Origin: a virus
Virus record (IMG/VR): IMGVR_UViG_3300032282_005862
Span: 34,630 to 98,629 of that record
Length of the DNA: 64,000 nt
Reading direction: 5' to 3' (one strand)
The position numbers and the translations under genes were made by a program. Positions 1 to 8,048 of this stretch are shown piece after piece. The notes beneath the pieces were generated by a model that ran no database searches, was not told the DNA's origin, and saw only the letters and a list, made by a program, of their open reading frames with translations. Positions within the stretch are counted from its first letter, which is position 1, and every line of letters begins with the position of its first letter.

Positions 1-525
1 TACGCTTGGAAAGCTGTAAGAAATTGGGAGCTTTCTCAAGTAGATTTATTTAAACAAGATAAACCAAATCCATCTCATAGACCAAGTATTCTTGCTGATG
101 GTGGTATTAGATATCCAAAAGATTTAGTTAAAGCTATTGCTAGTGGATGTGATGCTGTTATTTGCGGTAGAATTTTTGCTGGATTATCTGATATAGTCGA
201 AGATGAAGATATTGTAGAGATTAATGGTAAAAGATTTGCTAAATATAGAGGAATGGCAAGCCAAGATGTTGTTGAAGATTATGATTTATATGATGGAACT
301 AAAAAAAATCTTTTTGTAGAAGGAGATAATACTTTAATTCCAATTATTGAAAATAAATCTATAGAAGATATTGTATATGATTTTACTAATGGATTAAGAA
401 GTGCTATGAGTTATCTTGGATTCAGAAATTTACAAGATATGAGAGGTGGATTATGGAATAATACTATACAAGCAGTTAGAAATAGTCCAAATAGTATGTA
501 CGAAGGATTTGCTCATGGAAAATAA
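1..525 (+). CDS. IMP dehydrogenase / GMP reductase family protein (5'-truncated by window)
   Basis: Frame 1 is open from base 1. Motifs ILADGGIR, GCDAVICGRIFAG, KYRGMAS and GLRSAMSYLG are typical of the IMPDH/GMPR C-terminal barrel. Confidence 0.88.
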   Translation, partial: YAWKAVRNWELSQVDLFKQDKPNPSHRPSILADGGIRYPKDLVKAIASGCDAVICGRIFAGLSDIVEDEDIVEINGKRFAKYRGMASQDVVEDYDLYDGTKKNLFVEGDNTLIPIIENKSIEDIVYDFTNGLRSAMSYLGFRNLQDMRGGLWNNTIQAVRNSPNSMYEGFAHGK

Positions 526-529
526 ATCA

Positions 530-1291
530 CTAATCAACAAATGGATTAGTTAATATTATTTTTCCTGTTGCAAATCCTCCGTATTCTGCTGAACCATATG
601 TTGCCATATTTATTGTAATTTTAGATTTATCTGATGAACCACTAGTTGATCTAAGATTTCCACAGCATCCATTTAAACTTTCATAAGTATAATAAAATGG
701 ATATATTAATTTATTATTTTTATCAATCCAGCCTCTTTTACCTTCATATGCAAGCCAAAATCCTGCTGCTACTCCAAAATATGGTTTTGGATATAGACCA
801 TCAGTTGGATAAGTACATTTTCCTCCATCGCTTCTTGTAGGAGCTTTTGGATTAGTAGTATTATCAGCTTCTGCTCCTCTTGCTGCTTCACCACAAAATA
901 AATCTTTAAGTTCTAATCCTTTTGTCTGTAAAGTAGTAGAACCGCTTGAACTCCATACACCATTGCAAGATTGTGGATTTATATTTCCTGCAGCTCCTTT
1001 GGCTTCAAAAATTATTTTAATTGAGCTTCTATTCCAAAAAAATCTCATAGCATCTTTATAAGATAATCCTATATTTGCTTCTAAATAAGGACTACTTGGA
1101 GCTGAATCAGCTAAACAAAATGGAAAAGCTACATTTTTTTCGTCTTCATCTAGAATAAGACAACCATCTTTTACTGGCGCTTTGATTTGACAAACACAAC
1201 CTTTTAATGTTTCATCCCTTCCAGCAAGAGCTTCTTCAATATATCCTTTAAGATATTTTGGAAAATCAGCATCTTTTAAACTACATGACAT
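530..1291 (-). CDS. hypothetical Cys/Gly-rich protein, preceded by GTGTAA motif
   Basis: 253-aa ORF with no recognised family. GTGTAA lies 11 nt upstream of the ATG. Confidence 0.6.
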   Translation of the reverse strand: MSCSLKDADFPKYLKGYIEEALAGRDETLKGCVCQIKAPVKDGCLILDEDEKNVAFPFCLADSAPSSPYLEANIGLSYKDAMRFFWNRSSIKIIFEAKGAAGNINPQSCNGVWSSSGSTTLQTKGLELKDLFCGEAARGAEADNTTNPKAPTRSDGGKCTYPTDGLYPKPYFGVAAGFWLAYEGKRGWIDKNNKLIYPFYYTYESLNGCCGNLRSTSGSSDKSKITINMATYGSAEYGGFATGKIILTNPFVD

Positions 1292-1302
1292 ATGTTTTAT
1301 AT

Positions 1303-1308
1303 TTACAC
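1303..1308 (-). promoter_or_regulatory. GTGTAA motif (putative phage late promoter element)
   Basis: Recurrent oriented hexamer upstream of gene starts. Confidence 0.55.
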
Positions 1309-1782
1309 TTAAAAATCATTTAAAATTTTCCAATTTTTAAATTTTGATTTTCTTATTTTATAATTTGGGCAATTTTTAAAACCGATTGCTTCTTTTTTAT
1401 CAAAACCATATAGTAATGTATTTATATCATAAGAAAAAACATTTGGAACAATTACTATATTTTCTCCAATTAATCCTAAACAATTAAAAGTAAAATCATT
1501 TATATAAAATATTTTACATAAATCAATTCTATAATTTCCATATTTTAAAACATAATGAATTTCTAAATTTTCAATAGAATCTGGTGGAAATTTTTTTATA
1601 AAATTATTATATAATTCATCAAAATTATAACATAAAATATCCACTTCTTTATTCCATTTTTCATTTATTAATATATTCCTAATAAATCCTCCAAATATCA
1701 TACAGTCTTCATTATTTAATAAATAAATTATCTGATCTGAAACTTCTGGGTAAGTTTTTATAATATATTGGTATATATCCAT
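1309..1782 (-). CDS. stand-alone poly(A) polymerase/CCA-adding enzyme head-like nucleotidyltransferase domain (divergent)
   Basis: IFGGFIRNIL...KEVDI resembles motif A (GGxVRD...DxD). INDFTFN resembles RRDFTxN. Confidence 0.5.
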   Translation of the reverse strand: MDIYQYIIKTYPEVSDQIIYLLNNEDCMIFGGFIRNILINEKWNKEVDILCYNFDELYNNFIKKFPPDSIENLEIHYVLKYGNYRIDLCKIFYINDFTFNCLGLIGENIVIVPNVFSYDINTLLYGFDKKEAIGFKNCPNYKIRKSKFKNWKILNDF

Positions 1783-1788
1783 TATATT

Positions 1789-1817
1789 ATTATAATACGC
1801 ATAGTTAGAGTATACAA
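1789..1817 (-). promoter_or_regulatory. sigma70-type promoter, leaderless (TTGTAT-17-TATAAT-6-ATG)
   Basis: Read directly from sequence. Divergent from the promoter at 1825-1853. Confidence 0.65.
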
Positions 1818-1824
1818 ATAAAAA

Positions 1825-1853
1825 TTGATTTTTAATCTATAAATATATACAAT
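1825..1853 (+). promoter_or_regulatory. sigma70-type promoter, leaderless (TTGATT-17-TACAAT-6-ATG)
   Basis: Read directly from sequence. Confidence 0.65.
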
Positions 1854-1859
1854 ATTATA

Positions 1860-2111
1860 ATGAATAAAGAAAATATTGATAAATTAACATCTATTGAATA
1901 TGCTAGAGCTACAGAATTTAGTCCAATAGTAAGAATATATCCAAAAGTACCTAGGAATACAGTTTGTTCTTTTACTGGTAAAAAATTCAAAAATTGTTGT
2001 GGTCAATTAAATCAAGATTTTTGTGAGAAAGCTAGAGATGCTCTAAAAGAACATCTTATGAAAATTGCAAATGAAAAAGAAAATCAAAACAAAAAAGAAG
2101 AAACAAATTAA
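1860..2111 (+). CDS. small protein with SEC-C-like metal-binding motif
   Basis: KVPRNTVCSFTGKKFKNCCG resembles the SEC-C consensus RNxPCPCGSGKKYKxCCG. Confidence 0.6.
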   Translation: MNKENIDKLTSIEYARATEFSPIVRIYPKVPRNTVCSFTGKKFKNCCGQLNQDFCEKARDALKEHLMKIANEKENQNKKEETN

Positions 2112-2250
2112 ATATTACGCTGTTTACAGTAGAAGTGATAATTTTCTTCATGGAGTATTTCCTCCTTCTAAAGAAGGTTTGATAAAAGCTAAAGCACATG
2201 TTCTTAAACTAGATCCTACAAATAAAAATTATAAAATTAAAAAATATTAA
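2065..2250 (+). CDS. hypothetical small basic protein (start uncertain)
   Basis: 61-aa ORF filling the gap after the SEC-C gene. Confidence 0.45.
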   Translation: MQMKKKIKTKKKKQIKYYAVYSRSDNFLHGVFPPSKEGLIKAKAHVLKLDPTNKNYKIKKY

Positions 2251-3233
2251 TGCTTAATATTTGGGTCAGCTAAGTCTGGATTATGTTGCATTTTTGTACC
2301 ACGTTTAAAATTTTTATGTAGATTTTCATAAAATACTTTAAAAGTATCTAATGGTTTATCTATAATATTTTTAATTTTTTGTTCTGTTTTTTGCAATTCT
2401 TGATTTTCTACTTTTTTAATAATTGAGTTATAAGCTATAACTAAACATACTGCTAATGGATCAAAAACAATAACAATTAATATAATAAATATTCTTACTG
2501 CAGTTTCTATTTTTAATCCAAATGCATCAGCTACAAATTTAAATGTACCAATTTCGCCTTTTGTATTATCACTCTCTAGTCTCATTATTTCTTGACTATT
2601 TTCTAGACTTTGTTTTTCTAAATTTTGAAGATCAGAAGTTACTGTAGATATTTGAGAAAATAAGTTATTGATATTAACTTGAGATCCTTCAACTATTTTA
2701 TTTTTACTTTCTACTAATTTAATATCTGTTACTTTTTCAGTTTTAGCGGAACTGAAAAATCCACCGCCAGTAGTTTTAGTTGTAGTCACATCTTGTTTAA
2801 CGGCATTATCTAGAGATGCTTGATATGTTTTTTGTAATTCAATTAAATCTTTTAATTTGCTTTTATTGAAATCTATTTGAGAAATATAAAAATTTTGTTG
2901 AGATTTTAAACTTTGAATTTTATTTAAGTTTAAAGAATATTGAGAAAAATTACGTTGAAAAGCATCAGAAAGAAAACCAAAAATACCAAGACTTGTTATG
3001 CACATCAGTAATATCGTAGCAGATAGCATATATTTTTTAAGTAAATCATGTATTACTGACCAATATCTATAAAGATAACTTGCGCTAACTAATTTTGCTA
3101 TTTCTAAACTTCCAGCCATTATTCCAACGCTCCAAAAACTAGCTGCAAAAAGTAGAGCTATTCCTTTAACTGAAAAGAATGCTGCACAAGAAGCTAATAA
3201 GAAGGCTGATAATCCAAGTATATATTTGAACAT
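2247..3233 (-). CDS. membrane protein with coiled-coil loop (3 N-terminal TM segments, 1 C-terminal TM segment)
   Basis: Hydrophobic helices flank a Q/K/N-rich coiled coil. Motifs GSLEIAKLV, SLGIFGFLS and IVFDPLAV resemble a membrane protein type common in large phages. Confidence 0.7.
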   Translation of the reverse strand: MFKYILGLSAFLLASCAAFFSVKGIALLFAASFWSVGIMAGSLEIAKLVSASYLYRYWSVIHDLLKKYMLSATILLMCITSLGIFGFLSDAFQRNFSQYSLNLNKIQSLKSQQNFYISQIDFNKSKLKDLIELQKTYQASLDNAVKQDVTTTKTTGGGFFSSAKTEKVTDIKLVESKNKIVEGSQVNINNLFSQISTVTSDLQNLEKQSLENSQEIMRLESDNTKGEIGTFKFVADAFGLKIETAVRIFIILIVIVFDPLAVCLVIAYNSIIKKVENQELQKTEQKIKNIIDKPLDTFKVFYENLHKNFKRGTKMQHNPDLADPNIKH

Positions 3234-3248
3234 AATATTTAATCTAAA

Positions 3249-3254
3249 TTACAC
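3249..3254 (-). promoter_or_regulatory. GTGTAA motif
   Basis: 15 nt upstream of the ATG at 3233. Confidence 0.55.
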
Positions 3255-3275
3255 TTTTAAAATGTAATAATATTA

Positions 3276-3791
3276 GTGATAGTATCTGAAAGAGATATTG
3301 ATTTCTTTGCTAAAAAATTGGACTTATCTCCAGAAAAAGCATTTTTACTAATCCAAGATCCAGATTGTTTGCCAGAAATATTAAATAAAATTTCAGAAGA
3401 AGATATAGATGGGATTGTTGATATAAGTTTTCCAGTATTTGCAGAAATAACTATTATAAAATATAGTAAAGATTTAAAATATTCATTTGAAGAAAAAGAA
3501 TATGTCTCAGAAGCAGTTGGTTTAAAATTCTATGATTTAATTGGAGAGCCTATTTTAAAAAAATCTATACTAGAATTCAAACATGACGAAGATACAGCTA
3601 AATCACTTTTAGTATTTTTAGGATTTTTTTATAAAAACTTACATAAAGCAAGAAGAGCTTATCCATCAGAAAATATATATTATAATATAGCAAAAAATGG
3701 ATTTGAAAATTCAGACAAAATACATATATCAGAACATCTTAAAGACTGGATTAAAATATTAAGAATAATACATAATGAAGTTTGGTTTTAA
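3276..3791 (+). CDS. hypothetical protein
   Basis: 171-aa ORF with GTG start. Confidence 0.6.
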   Translation: MIVSERDIDFFAKKLDLSPEKAFLLIQDPDCLPEILNKISEEDIDGIVDISFPVFAEITIIKYSKDLKYSFEEKEYVSEAVGLKFYDLIGEPILKKSILEFKHDEDTAKSLLVFLGFFYKNLHKARRAYPSENIYYNIAKNGFENSDKIHISEHLKDWIKILRIIHNEVWF

Positions 3792-3794
3792 TAC

Positions 3795-4120
3795 GATATC
3801 CTAATTATTTAACTTTTCTTTGATATCCAAAAGGGCTTTACCTCCAGATTTTAAATATCTGAAGTTGGGTATTATCAATCCAACTTTTCTTTTGACTCCA
3901 AATTTCACCACGATCTCAGTGATGAATGGGCCATCGCACTTACGGATCAGAGGTAGCTTCGATCACTACATTCTGCGATGCCTATAGCTACATTTCCTTC
4001 TTTAGCCATATTATGTACAAATGAAGGTTTTAATAGTTGTCAGCCCTTAGGACATTGCTATCTCAAGGATTGATAGTTGATTATTTGACATCAACAAACT
4101 GCTCTAATTGGGAACTATGT
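3795..4120 (-). ncRNA. unassigned large structured ncRNA (~320 nt)
   Basis: No long ORF. About 39% GC over 3841-4080 in an AT-rich genome. Nested inverted repeats at 3831-3837/4042-4048, 3932-3938/3974-3980, 3862-3868/3880-3886, 3904-3926, 3996-4000/4023-4027 and 4058-4062/4072-4076. A TTGACA-17-TACTAT promoter points into it with no ATG at the start site. Confidence 0.65.
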
Positions 4121-4126
4121 TAACTT

Positions 4127-4155
4127 ATAGTATATTAAGTTTGAAGTTTTGTCAA
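4127..4155 (-). promoter_or_regulatory. sigma70-type promoter TTGACA-17-TACTAT driving the ncRNA
   Basis: Near-consensus boxes with 17-nt spacer. Confidence 0.75.
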
Positions 4156-4169
4156 ATTATTTTTATAAT
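4141..4169 (+). promoter_or_regulatory. sigma70-type promoter, leaderless (TTGAAG-17-TATAAT-6-ATG), overlapping the divergent ncRNA promoter
   Basis: Read directly from sequence. Confidence 0.6.
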
Positions 4170-4175
4170 ATATTA

Positions 4176-4385
4176 ATGGAAATTATAAAAAATAAAGCCA
4201 GATGGTCAGCTTATGCAAATAAATGTGTTAAGCATTATAATATTTCTAATGAGAATATTTATGATGAACCAGAGCAATATCCATGTATCGCAATACCCCA
4301 GTTAATTTCTGATATGAATGGATCAAGAGTTAAATTTAATTTTGTTTATAAAAAAGATTGCCAAAGATTATTAAAAGCTTTATAA
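4176..4385 (+). CDS. hypothetical protein (likely start ATG 4176)
   Basis: ATG lies 6 nt after the TATAAT box. 69 aa. Confidence 0.6.
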   Translation: MEIIKNKARWSAYANKCVKHYNISNENIYDEPEQYPCIAIPQLISDMNGSRVKFNFVYKKDCQRLLKAL

Positions 4386-4386
4386 T

Positions 4387-4412
4387 GTGTAATATCAGTT
4401 AGTTCTTTAACA
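4387..4412 (+). promoter_or_regulatory. GTGTAA motif followed by boxA-like AGTTCTTTAACA upstream of tmRNA
   Basis: GTGTAA at 4387-4392. 4401-4412 resembles rrn boxA TGCTCTTTAACA. Confidence 0.5.
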
Positions 4413-4414
4413 TT

Positions 4415-4802
4415 GGGCCAGATTTGGTTTCGATTTTAGGAATTAGAATTGAAATGCAAGTGGAGGTTGAATCGAGGACTCCTTAAAAAGTTTCAATTAT
4501 ATTAACTGCCAAAACAGCAAAATATAAAGGTCATATTTCTGCAAGAGTTTCTCTTGTTGAGATGACCGCTTCTGTAGCCTAAGTTCTACAGCGTGATATC
4601 CACGACACATCTACTGGAATATTGCGTAATTAGATGTTTGAGTATAATAAGTTTTTTTATTCTTTTTTTATTCAATATCTAAAATAAAATCGCTAAGTAT
4701 GTTTGTTGTTTATCTATACGAAGTTAAAAATAAAAACAACTAAACTTGTAGTATTTTAATTTGTATTCTCTAAAAGAAGCGGTTCGACTCCGCACTGGTC
4801 CA
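4415..4802 (+). ncRNA. ssrA: tmRNA (phage-encoded); tag (A)AKTAKYKGHISARVSLVEMTASVA*
   Basis: Acceptor stem GGGCCAG/CTGGTCC with G3-U wobble and discriminator A. GGTTTCGA D-loop region. T-arm GCGG-TTCGACT-CCGC. Long P2 (TTTTAG..GCAAGT / ACTTGT..CTAAAA). PK1 (GGAG/CTCC, TTGAA/TTCAA). Resume context TAACT-GCC at 4508. Stop at 4580-4582 in the loop of CTGTAG/CTACAG. Confidence 0.92.
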
Positions 4803-4834
4803 AGTAAACGAATTGATTCGCCTCCAATTTATAT

Positions 4835-4863
4835 TAGAATATAGTTTCTCATTGATATATAAT
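4835..4863 (+). promoter_or_regulatory. sigma70-type promoter, leaderless (TAGAAT-17-TATAAT-6-ATG)
   Basis: Read directly from sequence. Supports a start at 4870. Confidence 0.55.
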
Positions 4864-4869
4864 ATAAAA

Positions 4870-5424
4870 ATGGCAGTATCTAAAATACAATTAAAATGTC
4901 TTTATTGTGGAAATATATTTGATAAATTAAAATCGGAATATAATAGAAGAGTTAGTAAAGGTAAAACTAAATTTTATTGCAGTTACAAATGCGTTGGTAA
5001 GGCTGATGTCGATAAGAATCCAGATAAATTTAAAAAATTTAGAGAAGCTAATGCTATTAGAATAAAAAAATATTGTGGATGTAGACTAGACCAATATAGT
5101 CCATTCAAATACCATGCAAATAAAGCTAGATCACGAAGTAAACAAAAAGGATACATAACAGATTTAACTACAGAATATTTAAAAGAAATTTGGGATAAAC
5201 AAAATGGAATTTGTCCATATACAAAAATACAAATGGAACTAAGTAGAACAAGCGGCGATGAAGATATTAAAAAAACTCCCACAAAAGCAAGCCTAGATAG
5301 AATCGATCCGAATATAGGATATATAAAAGGTAATGTTGAATTTGTATGTTATTGTATTAATGTAATGAAAAATGATTTTACAAAAGATCAAATGCTTAAT
5401 TTTATAAATTTAATTAAAAAATAG
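4870..5424 (+). CDS. HNH/His-Me finger-type endonuclease with N-terminal Zn-finger (putative free-standing homing endonuclease)
   Basis: N-terminal CLYC...FYCSYKC. C-terminal QNGICPYT...SLDRIDPNIGYIKGNVEFVC..IN.MK. Confidence 0.7.
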   Translation: MAVSKIQLKCLYCGNIFDKLKSEYNRRVSKGKTKFYCSYKCVGKADVDKNPDKFKKFREANAIRIKKYCGCRLDQYSPFKYHANKARSRSKQKGYITDLTTEYLKEIWDKQNGICPYTKIQMELSRTSGDEDIKKTPTKASLDRIDPNIGYIKGNVEFVCYCINVMKNDFTKDQMLNFINLIKK

Positions 5425-5439
5425 TGTATATATATTTAT

Positions 5440-7026
5440 ATGGGAGATGTAAATAAATATATAGAAGGAACTTTAGAAGCTTATAAAAATGCTACAATTT
5501 TATCACAGACATCTCAAAACTGTGAGTGTACATATACCCCAGTAAATATTGCTGGAGAAAAATCATTTCAAATTGCAACTTTTACGCTTGATATTGAATA
5601 TAGTTATAATTTTGGTGGTAGTATGACAGAAAATGCCATACAATGGCAATGGAAAGTTCTCGGCGAGCCTAAATTAATAAAAAAAGAACATTTAGAACCA
5701 ACACTTAAAGAATGGTACGACCAACATAAAGATGGATGTGCTAAATCAATGGAAAGTTCATTTAATGATGAACTCGAAAAACATTTAATGAATTTATATA
5801 AAGATCAAGAAAAAGTAATAAAAACTAAAATTAAACAATATTTTGACTTTTCAAAAAGAATGTTATATAGAGATCAATACGGAGTAGATGAATTATCTAG
5901 AATTATATCTGGGTATAACAGCCTGAGCGGAGGCGGCTTTAATGCTAAAAAAATTACAATTCAAGGAAAAGTTCAAATAAGACCAAAAATGATTATGTGC
6001 TCAAACAAAGCAGATTTTGCTAGCATGACTTATACTTCTGGTAGCAATGGAGCAACAATTAAAAAATGCGCAAGCGCAACACTTCTTCTTGGAGCAGATG
6101 CAATTAATTTTGAATTTACATTAGATAATGTAGCAAATGGAGCAGACATAACTTCTTGGCTTCCTAATGGAGCTCAGGATTTTGGTAAAGCTTTGGATAC
6201 TATGGTAAATAATATGGCTACTTTTGAAGCTGATATGGCTAATAGATATATAAAACAAAAAGGATTAATGGCATATTATCAGTATACTATTGGAAATGCT
6301 GAAAGATACCAACGATGGGCAGCTGAAATGGCAGCTAATCAAGCTACAATTACAACTAAGCAAGATAATGGATGGTTTAAATATGGATTAACATCATCAG
6401 GGCAAGGAATGTTTAATCTTCAAATTATTATTCCATTTAATGAAGGTGGATTATATTGGAATTCAACAGTAGTTGTTGTAGCATTTAATCCTGGTGTACT
6501 TGCAAAATATTATACAGCAATGAAAGAATATCGAGCAAAAGTAAGACAAGCTCAAGAATCTCGAAGAAATGCATATAATTCATGGGTACAAGCTCAAGCA
6601 TCAATTCCTCCAGCTACTAGCACAACTCCAGTAAATCTTAATCCCCTCACACCAATTAATACAGTTTTTCCAGTATCACCAGAAATTTTACATGGACCAG
6701 GAAATGGAGGAGGTGGAGGCAGAGATGTTCCTTTAGAATTAGCTCCAGATTTAAATTCATTTGATATATGGATTCCTCCATTTATTCCAAATCAATTCAG
6801 TAGTAATGGCGGAGGCGGAGATGGAGCTGGAATTGGAGGAGCTGGAGCTGGTGCTGGAGGTGGAGGAGGTGCAGGAGCTGCTGGTGGAGGCGGTGGAGCA
6901 GGTGGAGCTGGAGCAGGTGCAGGCGGATATTCTGGAGGCGGACATGGTGCAGGTAGTGCAGGGGGTGATGGGGGTGGTGGAGGACCATTTGCTGGATCAG
7001 CTACAGATGGTTTTATTCCTGTATAA
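5440..7026 (+). CDS. hypothetical protein with Pro-rich linker and Gly/Ala-rich C-terminal tail
   Basis: 528-aa ORF. GGA/GGT/GCT-rich segment at about 6800-6990. GTGTAT motif at 5424-5429. Confidence 0.7.
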   Translation: MGDVNKYIEGTLEAYKNATILSQTSQNCECTYTPVNIAGEKSFQIATFTLDIEYSYNFGGSMTENAIQWQWKVLGEPKLIKKEHLEPTLKEWYDQHKDGCAKSMESSFNDELEKHLMNLYKDQEKVIKTKIKQYFDFSKRMLYRDQYGVDELSRIISGYNSLSGGGFNAKKITIQGKVQIRPKMIMCSNKADFASMTYTSGSNGATIKKCASATLLLGADAINFEFTLDNVANGADITSWLPNGAQDFGKALDTMVNNMATFEADMANRYIKQKGLMAYYQYTIGNAERYQRWAAEMAANQATITTKQDNGWFKYGLTSSGQGMFNLQIIIPFNEGGLYWNSTVVVVAFNPGVLAKYYTAMKEYRAKVRQAQESRRNAYNSWVQAQASIPPATSTTPVNLNPLTPINTVFPVSPEILHGPGNGGGGGRDVPLELAPDLNSFDIWIPPFIPNQFSSNGGGGDGAGIGGAGAGAGGGGGAGAAGGGGGAGGAGAGAGGYSGGGHGAGSAGGDGGGGGPFAGSATDGFIPV

Positions 7027-7045
7027 TTTCAAAATTAAAAAATAA

Positions 7046-7074
7046 TAGATAAAAATTAAAAATTTCACTAAAAT
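7046..7074 (+). promoter_or_regulatory. sigma70-type promoter (TAGATA-17-TAAAAT-5-GTG) heading the glycan cluster
   Basis: Read directly from sequence. Confidence 0.5.
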
Positions 7075-7079
7075 AATTA

Positions 7080-8048
7080 GTGAATATACTTTGGCCAGAG
7101 ATGCATATATATTTGACGCAAAATATGGCGTCAGCATTTAAAAAAATGGGCCATAGATTAATTATTCCATCAGATCAATACAAACCAACTCACCATGTTC
7201 AATGGCAAAATAAAGAAAATATATGGGCTTGGAATACTTACTGGAATCAAGAAAAAGCAAAAAAAGAAATTGGTGATAATGTTTTAGTTTTATCAAAACA
7301 AGAAATATTAGATTTAAAACCTGAAATCATATTTTTAACTTGCGTTGAATCACAGCCAGAAATTTTAAATGAATTATATCCACATTTAAAAAATACAAGT
7401 AAATTTGTAGCGTATAGTGGAAATGATTATTGGGATGGAGCTTATGATTTTTATACTATTAAAAATTATCTTTGCGCAGATTTTACTGGATATCTTTTGT
7501 CTTTAAAATATGGATTAAATTATTTATATTATAAACCAGAAGTAAATTATGATTTTTTTAAATACCAAGGAATAAGTAATGGCAATATTTTTGGATCATA
7601 TATAAATAATTATAAAATAGGATTTCCTCAAGATTATGAATTTTGTTTTAATTTTATGAATAGTATAAAAGAAATAAAATTTCAACCATGTGATAAATGT
7701 ACAAGGCCAGAAATGCTTGAAAATTTAAAAAATAGTATTGGTACAATACATGTAAAACATCTTGAAGGATATGGATATTCTGTTATAGAAAGTCTTGCTG
7801 CTGGTAGGCCTGTATTTTTAAGTAGAGCTTATTCGCAAAATAAAAGTCTAAAACAATGGTGTTTAGAAAATGAAACAGCATTATTTTTTGATACTGAAAT
7901 GGATCTAAAAATGAAGATATTATATTATATGGAAAGCCAAGAACTTAGACATTACATGCAACAACAATCAGCAAAAATAGTCAGAGAAATTATAAATAAT
8001 GAAAAAGAATTTGAAAAATTAAAAAACTTTATAAATAATTTAGTATGA
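7080..8048 (+). CDS. GT-B (GT4-like) glycosyltransferase
   Basis: EGYGYSVIESLAAGRPV matches the GT4 ExFG...EA...G.P motif. Confidence 0.75.
   Translation: MNILWPEMHIYLTQNMASAFKKMGHRLIIPSDQYKPTHHVQWQNKENIWAWNTYWNQEKAKKEIGDNVLVLSKQEILDLKPEIIFLTCVESQPEILNELYPHLKNTSKFVAYSGNDYWDGAYDFYTIKNYLCADFTGYLLSLKYGLNYLYYKPEVNYDFFKYQGISNGNIFGSYINNYKIGFPQDYEFCFNFMNSIKEIKFQPCDKCTRPEMLENLKNSIGTIHVKHLEGYGYSVIESLAAGRPVFLSRAYSQNKSLKQWCLENETALFFDTEMDLKMKILYYMESQELRHYMQQQSAKIVREIINNEKEFEKLKNFINNLV

Noticed and set aside
3795-4120. RNase P RNA, 6S RNA, tRNA or group I/II intron identity for the structured region
   Set aside because: No GAGGAAAGUCC-type P4 strand, no cloverleaf or T-loop, not a single long rod, no recognisable intron core, and no interrupted host gene.
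530-5560. Paralogy between 530-1291 and 5440-7026 (both begin with YIE..L...CxC)
   Set aside because: The similarity is limited to a few residues and cannot be supported by eye.
6757-7045. Overlapping short ORFs (Glu/Leu-, Ser- and His-rich) in other frames
   Set aside because: Shadows of the Gly/Ala codon repeats in 5440-7026.
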